This document shows, one piece after another, positions 52,338-64,000 of a stretch of 64,000 bases of DNA. The stretch is from Eledone cirrhosa. Taxonomy: Eukaryota. The stretch is from contig OZ024741.1 in NCBI GenBank assembly GCA_964016885.1, positions 323,020,001-323,084,000 on the forward strand, given 5' to 3'. A model generated the notes under the pieces. The model saw only the letters and a program-made list of their open reading frames with translations. It was not told the DNA's origin and searched no databases. How positions within the stretch are numbered: position 1 is the stretch's first letter; each line of letters opens with the position of its first letter. Both the position numbers and the translations under genes were made by a program.

Positions 52338-53114
52338 ACTAGAAATTGATTAACATATAAATAAACATGAATAATCACAGGAGATAATTTTTACAAGTGT
52401 GTAACCACACATAGCTAGGTAGGTAACTAAATAAAGTTGACCAGAACTTCAAAAATAGATACCTTATAATATGATTAATCTTCCCTGTATATATTCCATT
52501 AAAGAAATATATTTCACCAATTAATCGGATGGTAAACCACGGAAGTGGAGACTTGGATTTTCAACAAGGAAGAAGTTCCAGCGATCCGTGTTTACACTTC
52601 AAGTTCAAATCAGCGACTGGCCAGCAACACCTGCTATATCTATTAGAAATACACACATCATACTAGCTTCGTCCCAGTGGCGTGAATAGGGTTATCGACA
52701 ACTAGAAACAGCAGTCGAGTCCTTTCAACAGAGTTAGCTCTACAATTAAGGAGCCGTATTTATATATCTATATCCAAAATTAAGATAAATCAAATGAATT
52801 TAATCTAAATCAAAATTATGTGTGTCATGCCAGAAAGACATGCGCCATATCACCCGCAAAATAAGCTCTAAGATTCTAACGAGTAGGTCCGAGCATTTTA
52901 TAAATGTATCTATTTTTGAAGTTCTAGTCAACTTTATTTAGTTACCTACCTAGCTATGTGTGGTTACACGCTTGTAAAAATGATCTCCTGTGATTATTCA
53001 TGTTTATTTATATGTTAATCAATTTCTAGTTATTATAAAATGCTCGGACCTACTCGTTAGAATCTTAGAGCTTATTTTGCGGGTGATATGGTGCATCTCT
53101 TTCTGGCATGACAC
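52338..53114. repeat. Interlocked inverted repeats A..B A' B'
   Basis: 52338-52462/52906-53030 and 52822-52903/53033-53114. Confidence 0.8.
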
Positions 53115-53519
53115 CCATTATATATATATATATATATATATATACTTCAATGAAAAATGAAGGCTGAATTCCAAATATTCTTTTAATGCTGCTATTTCTA
53201 TGGTCGATAAGCTTACATTATCAAATCATGACGCAAGACATATGGCAAAGTCTTCGCTTGATATTCACATGAAAGATTAAGTAATCAGTTACTGGATTAC
53301 GGCAAAATATCAACAAAGAATTTATACGGAGCCGATCTGTTAGTGCGGACGCACTGAAGTTTTTAACTCCGTCCTTGCACCAACCTCGAGATACCATATC
53401 CACGATAGATGATGCACATAACGTTGCGTGTTTTGACTTATTGTACCACGAAATGACTAGATCTCCCCATTAGTTAAACCATCCAATATAAATAGTATAT
53501 ATTATATATATATATATAG

Positions 53520-54700
53520 GACCATGATTTCGAGACCCAGTCCCATCACATGGCCTCCCGCTTCATCCAGCGTGGATATTCTCCATCCTGACCCAAGCTG
53601 ACCTCACCCACGCCCGTAAAACCGACTTATCACAGCCCTCACACCCCACCACCACCCTCCCAACATCTGCCTTCCTTTCCCCTCACCTACCACCCTATCA
53701 CCCAACCTCTCCAGCGACATATCCCCTTCTGCTTCCGCACCCTCTCTTCGACCCCATCACTTCTCGCTTTTTTCCAAACCCACCTATCACCGACTTTAAG
53801 CGAACCCGTAAACTCTGCAAAATCCTGGTACATAGTTCCTTCCCTTCTTCTCCTAGGACTCCACCCGGCATTCGGCTCTGTTCTCGTCCCCGCTGTAACA
53901 TTTGTCCCTTCATTTCGAATCTCACCACCATATCCGCCATTCCTTCACCTGCACATCCATCAACGTAGTATATACCCTCCAGTGTCCTTTTTGCGGGTCC
54001 CTATACATCGGACAAACAGGACGTTTGGTGAACCATTTTGCTGAACATTTGAGTGACATACGACTCGGTATGGATACCCCCATCGCTCGTCATTTCCGTT
54101 CCCCATGCCGCTCTTCCTACATGCCTCGTCCTTGGTTTCCTTTTACATCACGGATCACAGGCCTGACGCACCAGGACTGAGCAGTGAGATTTTCCACCAT
54201 AGGGCCACCCAATGGACTCAACTCCCCTCCCCAATTTCTTTAATCTTAAACACATACGCTCGTGCTTACTTCTTTACCCCTTGCCACCATCACCTTTGCC
54301 CTGTCCGTTGTCACACCCGCGCCTACATTCACCCGCTTAGTTCCTATGGCTCTATTATGCTCAGAAACATACACTCTTACAGCTTATACAGACCAGCATA
54401 AAACGCACACACATACGTCCGGCGATAGTGACGTGAGACTGGGACTAACCAGCACTTCCACAAAAAAAGATTAGGGTCATACAGGAGCCGGCTGTCAAAG
54501 AAATAACACCTGTATCAAGAAAAAAAAATTTTCGAGGAAGTTTTTTGATTTTTTTAGGAACTTTCAATGTTTTCAAGTTTCAATAGGATTTGCCGTCTGA
54601 AGAGCTCAGGCTATCATAACTGATAGTCGTCAGTGAAATACGTATAACTGAGTTTTAGATAAACCTTAATCAACTGATTATGGCCTCCGGTCTTTTAATT
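53520..54700 (+). mobile_element. 5'-truncated C-rich PLE (Neptune-like) with HHR at 54593-54650
   Basis: CSRPRCNIC, FTCTSINVVYTLQCPFC..YIGQTGR..HFAEHLSDIR; gt-CTGAAGA-..ggctatca/tgatagtc..-GAAA-tacgta-TA-ac. Confidence 0.75.
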
Positions 54701-55025
54701 ATATACATATATATATAATTGGTCTATATATATATATATATTTAAAAGAATATAGGTGTAACACACGAGTTATGATATATTGGTAAAAGAAAAAGAAAAT
54801 GCTGACAAATTGTTCCCAGTGAAAAATAGTTTAATTAGGAATAAATAAAAATTAGTAATAGTATTGGTTAGTATTCAGTTTTGGTTTTAAGTTTTACCGG
54901 TTGCGCATTTCTAATGCTTTTTTAAAATAATTTTGAGATAGAGCGCCCGTGATGTTTGCTCTAATCTGATTAGTTTTGGAAATTCTATCTGTTTTGCTCT
55001 AATTAGATTCTGGCAGAACGGTATA

Positions 55026-55066
55026 CGGTGCTGATGATAGCTAAGAAGCTTGAAACTAGTACATCG
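55026..55066 (+). ncRNA. Minimal type I hammerhead ribozyme
   Basis: cggtg-CTGATGA-tagct aaga agctt-GAAA-ctag-TA-catcg. Confidence 0.8.
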
Positions 55067-55214
55067 TTCCTGTGTCAGTGTTGAACAAAAAGGTGACGTT
55101 GTTGCCTTAACACCGTACGGCATAAATTCAGGCTGTCCGCTTGTTTACAAACGGACAAAGCGGGCGTTATAATAAACGTCCGCTAAACTGATACGTACAT
55201 ATATGTATGTGTAC

Positions 55215-55253
<39 letters not shown>

Positions 55254-55482
55254 TGCTACTGTACGTCTGTATACATATATGTATGTACGTATACATACAT
55301 ACTTACATTTAAGTAAGTGCCGTACTAAGAGTGAGAAATGAAATTTCGTTTTCATTCTATTACAACTTATATATATATATATATATTCATTTATTAATAT
55401 TCTGAATAATATATATATATATAGACCAATTACGAAATTTCTATACATATCCGTATACAGCTATGCCTGAAGCTAAATTCTG

Positions 55483-55568
<86 letters not shown>

Positions 55569-55694
55569 TCTCTCTCTCTCTCTCGCTCTCTCTCGCTCTC
55601 TCTCTCTCTTTCTCTCTCTCTCTTTCTCTCTCTCTCTCTATATATATATATATTTATATATATAGACCGATTATATATAGACCGATTATATATA

Positions 55695-56016
55695 AAATAA
55701 AATAAAATAAATAAGTCAAATGTTTAAAATTTGGCTTCGTTTATTACTGCTATATATATTTCGGTGACAGCCATCTTTGGCTGTGACCTCTTCAGGCAGT
55801 CCGAATTAGTGTGGTAGAGACGAGTACACATGTTGTTGAGGTGTTTAACTTTGTCAATACTCTGATATGCCCAGTTCCTGGTTGCGTTGTTCTACCACAC
55901 TAATTCGGACTGCCTGAAGAGGTCACAGCCAAAGATGGCTGTCACCGAAATATATATAACAGTAATAAACGAAACCAAATTTTAAACATTTGACTTATTT
56001 ATTTTATTTTATTTTA
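55695..56016. mobile_element. Inverted-repeat element with divergent HHRs
   Basis: Arms ~55695-55818/55891-56016; HHR at 55909-55963(+) actgc-CTGAAGA-ggtcacagcca/tggctgtcacc-GAAA-tatata-TA-acagt and at 55746-55800(-). Confidence 0.85.
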
Positions 56017-56110
56017 CATTACTCCGGAGTAACCAAACCAACCTGCGCACTTCGTCGAGTGCTCCAATCTGTATAGTGAGGTTGTGGTATACAACCAACA
56101 TATACTCAAA

Positions 56111-56144
<34 letters not shown>

Positions 56145-56148
56145 CGTC

Positions 56149-56207
<59 letters not shown>

Positions 56208-56223
56208 TGAGAGAGAGAGAGAG

Positions 56224-56268
<45 letters not shown>

Positions 56269-56538
56269 GAATTAGAATTTAGCGTCAGGCATACCTGTAT
56301 ACAGATATGCATAGAAATTTCGTATTTCTAAAGAAACACGGTATTTTTATAGGTAAAAATTTAGAAAGCGGTAGCTACGCAAATAACACCGGGGCTAACG
56401 CCCTCTGGTAGTGTCCAGCAGAAGTAAGGGGGACAATCGTTGATGCATTTCGGACTTAACTGATCCTCATCGAGACGATCCCTCCCACACTTGTGACCGC
56501 TGGACTTGAAAGCAGTCGAGAATATATAGTTTTTATCG

Positions 56539-56582
<44 letters not shown>

Positions 56583-56733
56583 TGAAAAAGAACAAAGGAA
56601 CTATTATGACATTATAACAAGTTTATTGCCGACAGCCGTTTCGTATACGCATAGAGCTTAACTAGCTACCGTCACATATTTGGTAGGTCAGACGTGATCA
56701 TCGCGATTCACATACGACCTACCATACATCTTA

Positions 56734-56808
<75 letters not shown>

Positions 56809-57059
56809 ACATATCTATAAAGATAATTAAGCCGAGGGATCCATATAATTTTGACTTGATATGATAATTAAAATCCCACCAGTATTTGGTGTAGAAATCT
56901 CGCTGCACAGTGTGAGGGTCGTGGTGGTATTATCTTGTAAGGAAGGGTGTGCTCGATATCACAGCCTGTCCATCTTTTCTTCTTTTCAGTCTATTGAATT
57001 TAACAGACATCGTTTAGACATCTTTCATATATAGTAAAAAGACGATATGGTGACTGTAT

Positions 57060-57126
<67 letters not shown>

Positions 57127-57238
57127 ATATACATATATATATATACATATATATATACATATATATACATATATATATATGTATATATATATGTATATAT
57201 ATATGTATATATATGTATATATATATACATATATATAC

Positions 57239-57289
<51 letters not shown>

Positions 57290-57584
57290 AAGTAAGTCCA
57301 TAGAATCATTAAATAAAATATATACAGTATTTCTCCTCCCAATCAGCATAAATTAACCACACAAAAAATCATTTAAACGAGGCTATAGGTTTAAAATATA
57401 CCTATGAAGAAATAGTAGATAAATGATACAGCACTTTATCCGCGATTCACAGCTATAGAAAATTTACCCATTATTTCTGATAGCCTGTAGAAATTGACTA
57501 GACATATAGTTAACCATACATAATTAGTTGCAAAATCAAAGTTAGAAGAAAAAATGCACATAAACATACGAAACTCATCAATAC

Positions 57585-57667
57585 ATCTCTACTACCGGCA
57601 GTTTCATTCCGTTTTTGGATATATCCGATCTTGGATAAATCAACGAGATTGGAAATCATCAGGAGAT
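57585..57667 (-). ncRNA. Type I hammerhead with extended stem II
   Basis: Reverse complement: atctc-CTGATGA-tttcc..ggaat-GAAA-ctgccggtag-TA-gagat. Confidence 0.75.
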
Positions 57668-58298
57668 AAACTCAATTGGACAAAGATTTTTCTTACATGA
57701 TCCCCGCCAGAAACGAATTCAAAATGGCTAAGAATCGTTTAACGTTTCATGAATTTCAACCTCTACAGCTTCTCCGTCAATTGGTTCCTGTTTTGAAAAC
57801 CACAGGTCTGTTACCTCGCACCAAAATGACCGCCAGTATACTGATGCAATCGGAAACATGTTTATATATGAATCCCACATAAAATTACATGGAAGATACT
57901 TTAGACGTAGACACCTTTTAGCAACGGTACTAAGAGAAATAGTCAAACAGCAAGACTTATTAGTACCCTGACTGGAAAAATGTAATCAGTATAGGTGTGG
58001 GTCGAATCCCCACATCCTGTTTGCAAAATAAGTGCGCTACGATTTATATTAGTATGTCCGGTTAATAGAATATATTCTGTAGACAAACAATACGACGAAA
58101 ACTTCTGATTCAGTTTTCAGATGCCACTCACCATCTTCTATTTATCATCTGTTAAATATAACTAAACATGTATTGATAGAATGGTGTACTCTAATCACAA
58201 CTACATACATACTACATGCGTGCGTGCATGCATACATACATACATAACAATTACATCCATATTCACATACATGCACAAGAATATTTGCGTAATATATG

Positions 58299-58350
<52 letters not shown>

Positions 58351-58487
58351 AGAGTTAAACAAGGTTCAATGAATACATCAAAGAATGAGTTTTACAATAG
58401 ATTGGAAGCACTCAACAGTATTGGTTTTCCAGAGTTATTAATATTAATTCAAAATATTAACAAAATAGATATTCTTGTGATCAAGTA

Positions 58488-58554
58488 TATTTTATTATAC
58501 ATATTTCAGAGGTACTGAGTTAAGTTCAACAGTACGTCCTCATCAGATAAAATA
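58488..58554 (-). ncRNA. Type I hammerhead ribozyme
   Basis: Reverse complement: tattttat-CTGATGA-..gtactg/cagtac..-GAAA-tatgta-TA-ataaaata. Confidence 0.75.
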
Positions 58555-58604
58555 ACATGATGCATGACATACCCTGACATAGTAGATGGTTAAGATTCAG
58601 TCAT

Positions 58605-58671
<67 letters not shown>

Positions 58672-58676
<5 letters not shown>

Positions 58677-61600
58677 TACTTGGGGAGGGTCATATTTGTG
58701 TAATAATATTGCCAGAATTAATAACAGAACACACTCACTGTTTGGTTGGTTTTCGCTTCTGTGTCTTTTATATCGGTTAATTTAATTTATTCGGTCCTCA
58801 ATGTTACCATTGACTGACCAACGGTCAAAAATACAGATACAATATAGACACAACCACATATATATAGTCTATCAAAGTTCTTTCGTTGTACATCTGCAAC
58901 ATCGTCAGTGGTGCTATTATGTTTCCTCTCGTGGAATTGTATGCCTACGCCATCTTTATTTAGTCTGTTTATTTATTTATTTATTTGTTTATTTTTTTGT
59001 CTTCTCTGCGCATGCGTTTGCGTGTGTGTATAGTGTTTTGTTTGATGTGTGTTCTTGTTTGGGTGACTGTGTATTGGTTAATGTATTCTATCTTAGTTTA
59101 CTAGTGTGTGTTTATATGTGTTTGTTGTTATTGTGCTTGTGTATGTATTTATTTATTTATTTAGTTATTTAGTTATTTATTTATTTATTTATACTTCTCT
59201 TAGGTCAGTGTTGTTTGTTTGGGTGTTGTTGTTATTCCTTTCATTTTTTCTGTTTAGCCTTGGCCTTCTAAGTTCTATTTCGCTGGCCTCTCTGATTTGC
59301 CTATTTGCTGGGTCATTTCTATGTTTAGATATTATTCTAACTTCTATGTTGTCTATGTTACCGTTGTGTTGTTGTCTGGCATGTTTGTATAGTACTGAGC
59401 CGTTTTTTCGTCCTTTTAGTTCCGCCCAGTGTTGGTCTATCCTTTCACCTATGCTACTAGCTGTCTCGCCTATGTATGTTGTTGTCATGTTTCTGCAAGT
59501 ACCCTCTGTACATCTTATACTATAGACTACGTTTCTGGTTTTACAGTTTATCCGGGGGTTTACTTTACATATGATACATTTCCTATTAGTACAGTGGGTT
59601 TTCTTAAAAGGGTAGGTTTTGCTAATCAGGGATTTTATGGTTCCTGGCTTTTCTAGCACCTTAATCTTTAAGTGGGTCTTTCTCAGGGCCTTTCTACACT
59701 GGTTAACTAATTTCCCTCCAGGGGTAGCGTCCACAAACATGACACTCTGGTATCTCTGGTTGTCGTACCATGAGGTGGCTTTCCCTATCTTATGTCTAGT
59801 CCTATCTAAGCTATTCCATGATTTGCTCCTGTATAATGGGCAAATTCCTTTCATGTCCAGTTCTATGAGGGTCTTATACTTCTCCGTTGCTCCTTCGTAT
59901 ACTTTGATTCTGTCTCTTTGGTTGTAGCCAGAGAACTGCATGCGGTTGATGAAGTGTTGGATGTGTCTTTCCATTTCTGTTGGGTCGCACATGCGGGACA
60001 CGTTCTTCATCACTCATACCAAGTCTGCGATCAGAATATTAAACTTAGCACTACTGGACATTGCTGAGTTTTTGAGTATCAGGTATTTGGAGGTCATGGG
60101 TTTAGCATAGTGTGAGTGGAGAATTTGGGCTATCTCGTCTATAGTGTTAATCCAGAGTTCCGTGTCTAATACAGGTAGTCTATTGTTAGGGTGTTTGGAA
60201 GGGTAGTCGATAGTTACAGTTATACTCTGGTGTATGGAATTAGCTATCTGCTGGATGCTTTCCATTGTGCTACGTTCTAAATCAAACTTGTTAGTGCTCT
60301 CTTGTGGGGATGTCCTTATTACTATATTGATGTCGTCTACGTAACGAGAGTACATGATGAGGTCTATGGAGCTCTCATCAAGGAGATCTTTGAGTCTCCT
60401 TTCCCACCATACCATAAAAAGGTTGGCAACGTCACCAGCTATGCTGACGCCAATGGCTGTTCCCTCATTTTGGGTCTAGATCTTCTCGTTGAACTTGAAT
60501 ATGTGGCCCTTTAGGGTAGTTTTGATACTAGCCCCTATTGCATGTGCTACCATTTTTCTTACCTGATCATTGTTTTGGAGGGTCCGTATAGCTTTGGTCC
60601 ACCCAATCCACCTTCCCATGGGAGTCTTTTTTGCCATTGAGGTTATGGTGGGGTGTCTACCTATTATGGGTCTACTGGGGCAGAAACGTCTAAGGTCATG
60701 GCTGTCTAGATAGTCAGTGTCGTAGGTAAGTCTAAGTAGGAGGCCCAGTTCGTCTGTGTCGACATCGCAGAACTCCACCTCACTCTCAATGATCATCTCC
60801 ACACATTTTTCCACAGCAAAATCAATGTTAATGGATGAGTACAGTGATACCACATCCATACTGCCTATAAAGCAGTTGGATAGGTTCCTGTTTTTGTTGC
60901 ACTCACTAATTCTGATGAGGAGGTCCTCTGTACTGTCACATACATCTGGGGTCATCTTGATTATGGGGCGTATAACCATTGAGAGGAAGTAGGAGATCCT
61001 GTAGTTGCTAGCTATATTTGCTCCGCATACAGGTCTTGTTGGTGGTCCTGTTGTCGGGTCGTCGACTGTCTTGTGGTCTTTGCGGAGCCCATACAAGGGT
61101 GGTATGCCATTGTTAGACGCCTGGAAGTTGTTGGCAGTGCGTCTGCTTGGCTTTAGGATGTCGGTCCACATCATCATGTGAGCATTGATGATTTTCTCTC
61201 TCCCATCATGTATTTGCTGTGCAATTTCGCTCGTGTTGGTGATGTGGGTTGCATAGCCTTGATGTAGTTCGGCATGCTGTCTATTGACATCCTACCAGAC
61301 TTATCCGTGGGTAGACATACGACTCACCATCCCTTGTGTGCTGCTTGAGGCTAACCAACCTTCTACAAGTTTTCTCCCAAGTTGTTGGACCTCTGGTCTG
61401 CTCTGTCTCTTAGTATACCGGTCTACTATTTGTCTAACCTTATTTCTAGCTATGGTGAACTGTGCCTCTGTCTCGTCATCTATTTGTTGTGGTATGCAAA
61501 CTCTTTTATTAAAGGGTAACCTCGTAGGATAGATATTACCCATCTTATATGTTTTGTCATCTGGATTGAAGAATAATTTCTCTAAGGGGTTGTCATTATA

Positions 61601-62020
61601 TCTATCGTCATAGTTGTGTGTGTTGCTATTATTGTTATTATGGTGGTTGTTGTTGTTCCTATCATTAGCATTATTATTATTGTTATGATTGCTAGATGTA
61701 TTGTTGCTGTGATTGTTAGATGTATTGTTGTTGGTTTCTCCACCGTTATTGTTGTTGTTACTGTTATTTCTACCATTGTGGTTGTCATTTTTATTATGTT
61801 TCTTGTTTTTGTTGTTGTTGTGTCTATCATTAATGTTGCTACATATATTATTTCTATTATTACCACTGTGGTTGTTGTTGTTGTTATTCGTATTGTTACC
61901 GTTATTACTACTGTGGTCGCTGCTGCTGTGTCTGTAGTTAATGTTTCTATTATTATTATTATTGTGGTTGTTGTTCTGTCTATCGTTAATATTATTACCA
62001 TTATTACTATTTCTCACTCT
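58672..62020 (-). mobile_element. Near full-length, inactivated PLE of a second lineage
   Basis: N-rich N-terminus, DKSG, YGLRKDHK, RPVCG, SMDVVSLY, GTAIG, YVDD, PVLD, CxxxxCxxC linker, VVY..YIG; stops at 60476 and 60014, frameshift near 61340; HHR at 58871-58912(-). Confidence 0.88.
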
Positions 62021-62038
62021 CCTATATATATATATATA

Positions 62039-62177
62039 TTTGAAAAAAGGAAAAGAATGACTTCACTTGTAGTTGTAAACAATTTGATTTAATTTTATAA
62101 TATTATAATATTATATTATAAAATTAAATTAAATTGTTTACAACTACAAGTGAAGTCATTCTTTTTCTTTTATCAAA
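62039..62177. repeat. Short palindrome between (TA)n tracts
   Basis: gaatgacttcacttgtagttgtaaacaattt / aaattgtttacaactacaagtgaagtcattc. Confidence 0.85.
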
Positions 62178-62199
62178 TATATATATATATATATATAGT

Positions 62200-64000
62200 G
62201 AAAAATTGAACAGGAACAAAACAGAGAGGCAGTACGAACAAAGGTTTATTAATTTCACGCTCTTGAGAGTGAAGTGGTGGTGGGGAACGACGTTTCGGGC
62301 ATAAGCTCTTCTTCAGGTGAAAAGTGTGTGGGAAGAGAGTTCAAAGGGTGTGTAGGGGAGTGGTGGAGAGACATATAGCAAAAAGGGGGTGAGAGGAAAC
62401 GGTCCAAATGAAATTAAAAATAAAGGCATGATCAAAATAATATTAAAATGGGGTAAAACAGGTGGTGGAAGGGTGTGGGCGTGTAGAAGTGGTGGCGGGT
62501 GGAGTGGGGAGACGGGGTGTCCGAGCGGGAGGGCTGAAGGTGGTGTGTGTGTGTAGGTGTACGTGTGTGTGTGTGTGTATGTGAAAGCAAGGGTTGGGGG
62601 AAGAACGGGGTTGCATGTTCAGGAAGAGGTTTGTGTGGGGTGGGGCGTAGGTCGGAGTGTGTGTGCGTGTGTGGATAGAGGGTGGGGGGAGAGGATTCCG
62701 GAGGCTGAATGTGTAAATATGTGGTGGTACGCACGTGTGTGTGTGGTGTTTATGCGTGTTGTGGATGTAGGTGGCGTGTGGGGAAAAAAAATTTTTTGTG
62801 TGTGTGTCTGGGGTGAGTCTTAAAGGTAATTCCGTAAAAAGATGTGGTGGAATGTTGAGTAAAATCCTTGGGATGCGGTAGATTCTCGGGATCAAGGTTC
62901 ACATATGTGTAATCCGTGAAGAGATTGGTCGGAAGAGGGGAGATGTGGGGTGCGCGCGCCACAGGAAGTGGTCAGAGGGTCAAGGCAGGCGGAGGGTTGT
63001 GTGTCTGTGTGTGCGGGGAGGTCGTCAGAGGCATAGCAGCAGTAGAGTAGAATGGTAAGTGAAGGTGTGTCAGTGTGTGCGGAGGTGCGGTGGACAGGGG
63101 AGAGGATGGGTAGGTGTTAAAGTTGGAGTGAGGAGGGGGGGGGTATTAGTAGAGGTGTTAGTGGGATGTGTGAGTGTTTGAGAAAGGGTGTGGGTGGAGC
63201 GGGGAGAGAAGGGTGTGGGGGCCGATGGAGGGAGTGTAGTGTACTGGTGTGTGTGTGTGGTGAAGGGGTGTTAGTGGGTGTTAGTATACTGGAGGTGGAG
63301 AAAGGGTTGAATGCGGGTGTGAGTTGGGGTCAGTGGTGGTAGGGTGTGTAGAGTGGGTGGTGTAAGAGGGTGTGTGTGTTCGTGTGCGTAGGGTTGGGGG
63401 GTGTTAGTGATGTTAGTTGCGTGTGGAGTGGGTGGTGTAAGTGGGTGTGTGTGTTCGTGTGCTTGGGGTCAGGGGGTGTTAGTGATGTTACTTGCGGGGT
63501 GGTGGGGTGGATGTGTGGGGGTGAGGGTTAGTGGTGGTAGTAGGGTGTATGTTTAGTGTGAGCGCGTGTATATATATACCGGTGGGTGTGTGCGTGTGAT
63601 AAGGAGGGGGAGGAGAAGAAGGGAGGGATGTTAGTATGTTAGTTGGGGAAGGGTGGTCGGATGTGGGTGGAGGTGTTAGTATTGTTAGTTGTGGGGTGGG
63701 CGGTGAAAAGGAGGGGTTAGTTAGTGGTGTTAGTGGGGGATATGTGTGGGGGAGGGGGCGCGGTCGAAGGCTAAAGGAATAAGGGTGGGGAGTTCAGGCC
63801 GGGGGGAGTGTGGGTCTGTAGGGTGAAGATGGTTCGTTGTTCGACTCTTAGGAGATTGGCGGGTGTTCCGTGGCATTGGAGTAGGCCACAGACTGTGAGG
63901 TGGTGTGCGGAATGTCCAGGGGCACCAAAGTGGCGGGCGATGGGGGAACTACCACCGAGACGAATATCCCGGAGGTGCTCAGTAAATCTGTCCGCCAGGC
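62200..64000 (-). mobile_element. 3' part of a C/A-rich PLE (Neptune-like), running off the window
   Basis: 63771-64000(-) translates LADRFTEHLRDIR..PIARHF..H..EQRTIFTLQTHTPPGLN*; CTGAAGAAGAGCTTATGCCCGAAACGTC HHR-like motif at ~62288-62320. Confidence 0.8.

Noticed and set aside
60014-60016. In-frame TGA in the PLE ORF as possible selenocysteine (known for some Naiad PLEs)
   Set aside because: Context LV*VMKN fits an Arg codon (CGA/AGA) mutated to TGA; the ORF also has a TAG and a frameshift.

Overview
AT-rich, microsatellite-laden eukaryotic DNA with no recognisable host gene. The SINE families resemble those of octopus/cephalopods, which is an inference. The window is almost entirely mobile elements. 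It holds an apparently intact, young Penelope-like element (PLE; 819-aa RT+GIY-YIG ORF) in the classic inverted-pLTR/partial-tandem arrangement (10217-18311) and remnants of at least three other PLE lineages. It also holds a near full-length Tx1/L1-type LINE and an R4/Dong-type RLE element tail-to-tail on one (ATT)n tract, CRE- and RTE-type fragments with 5' inversions, a hAT relic, MITEs, Helitron ends and SINEs. The main hidden signal is RNA structure: I read roughly 28 type I hammerhead ribozyme (HHR) motifs by eye. Many sit in short non-coding palindromes inserted in (TA)n, with the two HHRs pointing away from each other. One sits in a non-coding direct-repeat element (18348-19325) whose two HHRs would excise a 629-nt monomer, a retrozyme-like circRNA candidate adjacent to the intact PLE. 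All folds were read manually and coordinates may be off by a few bases.
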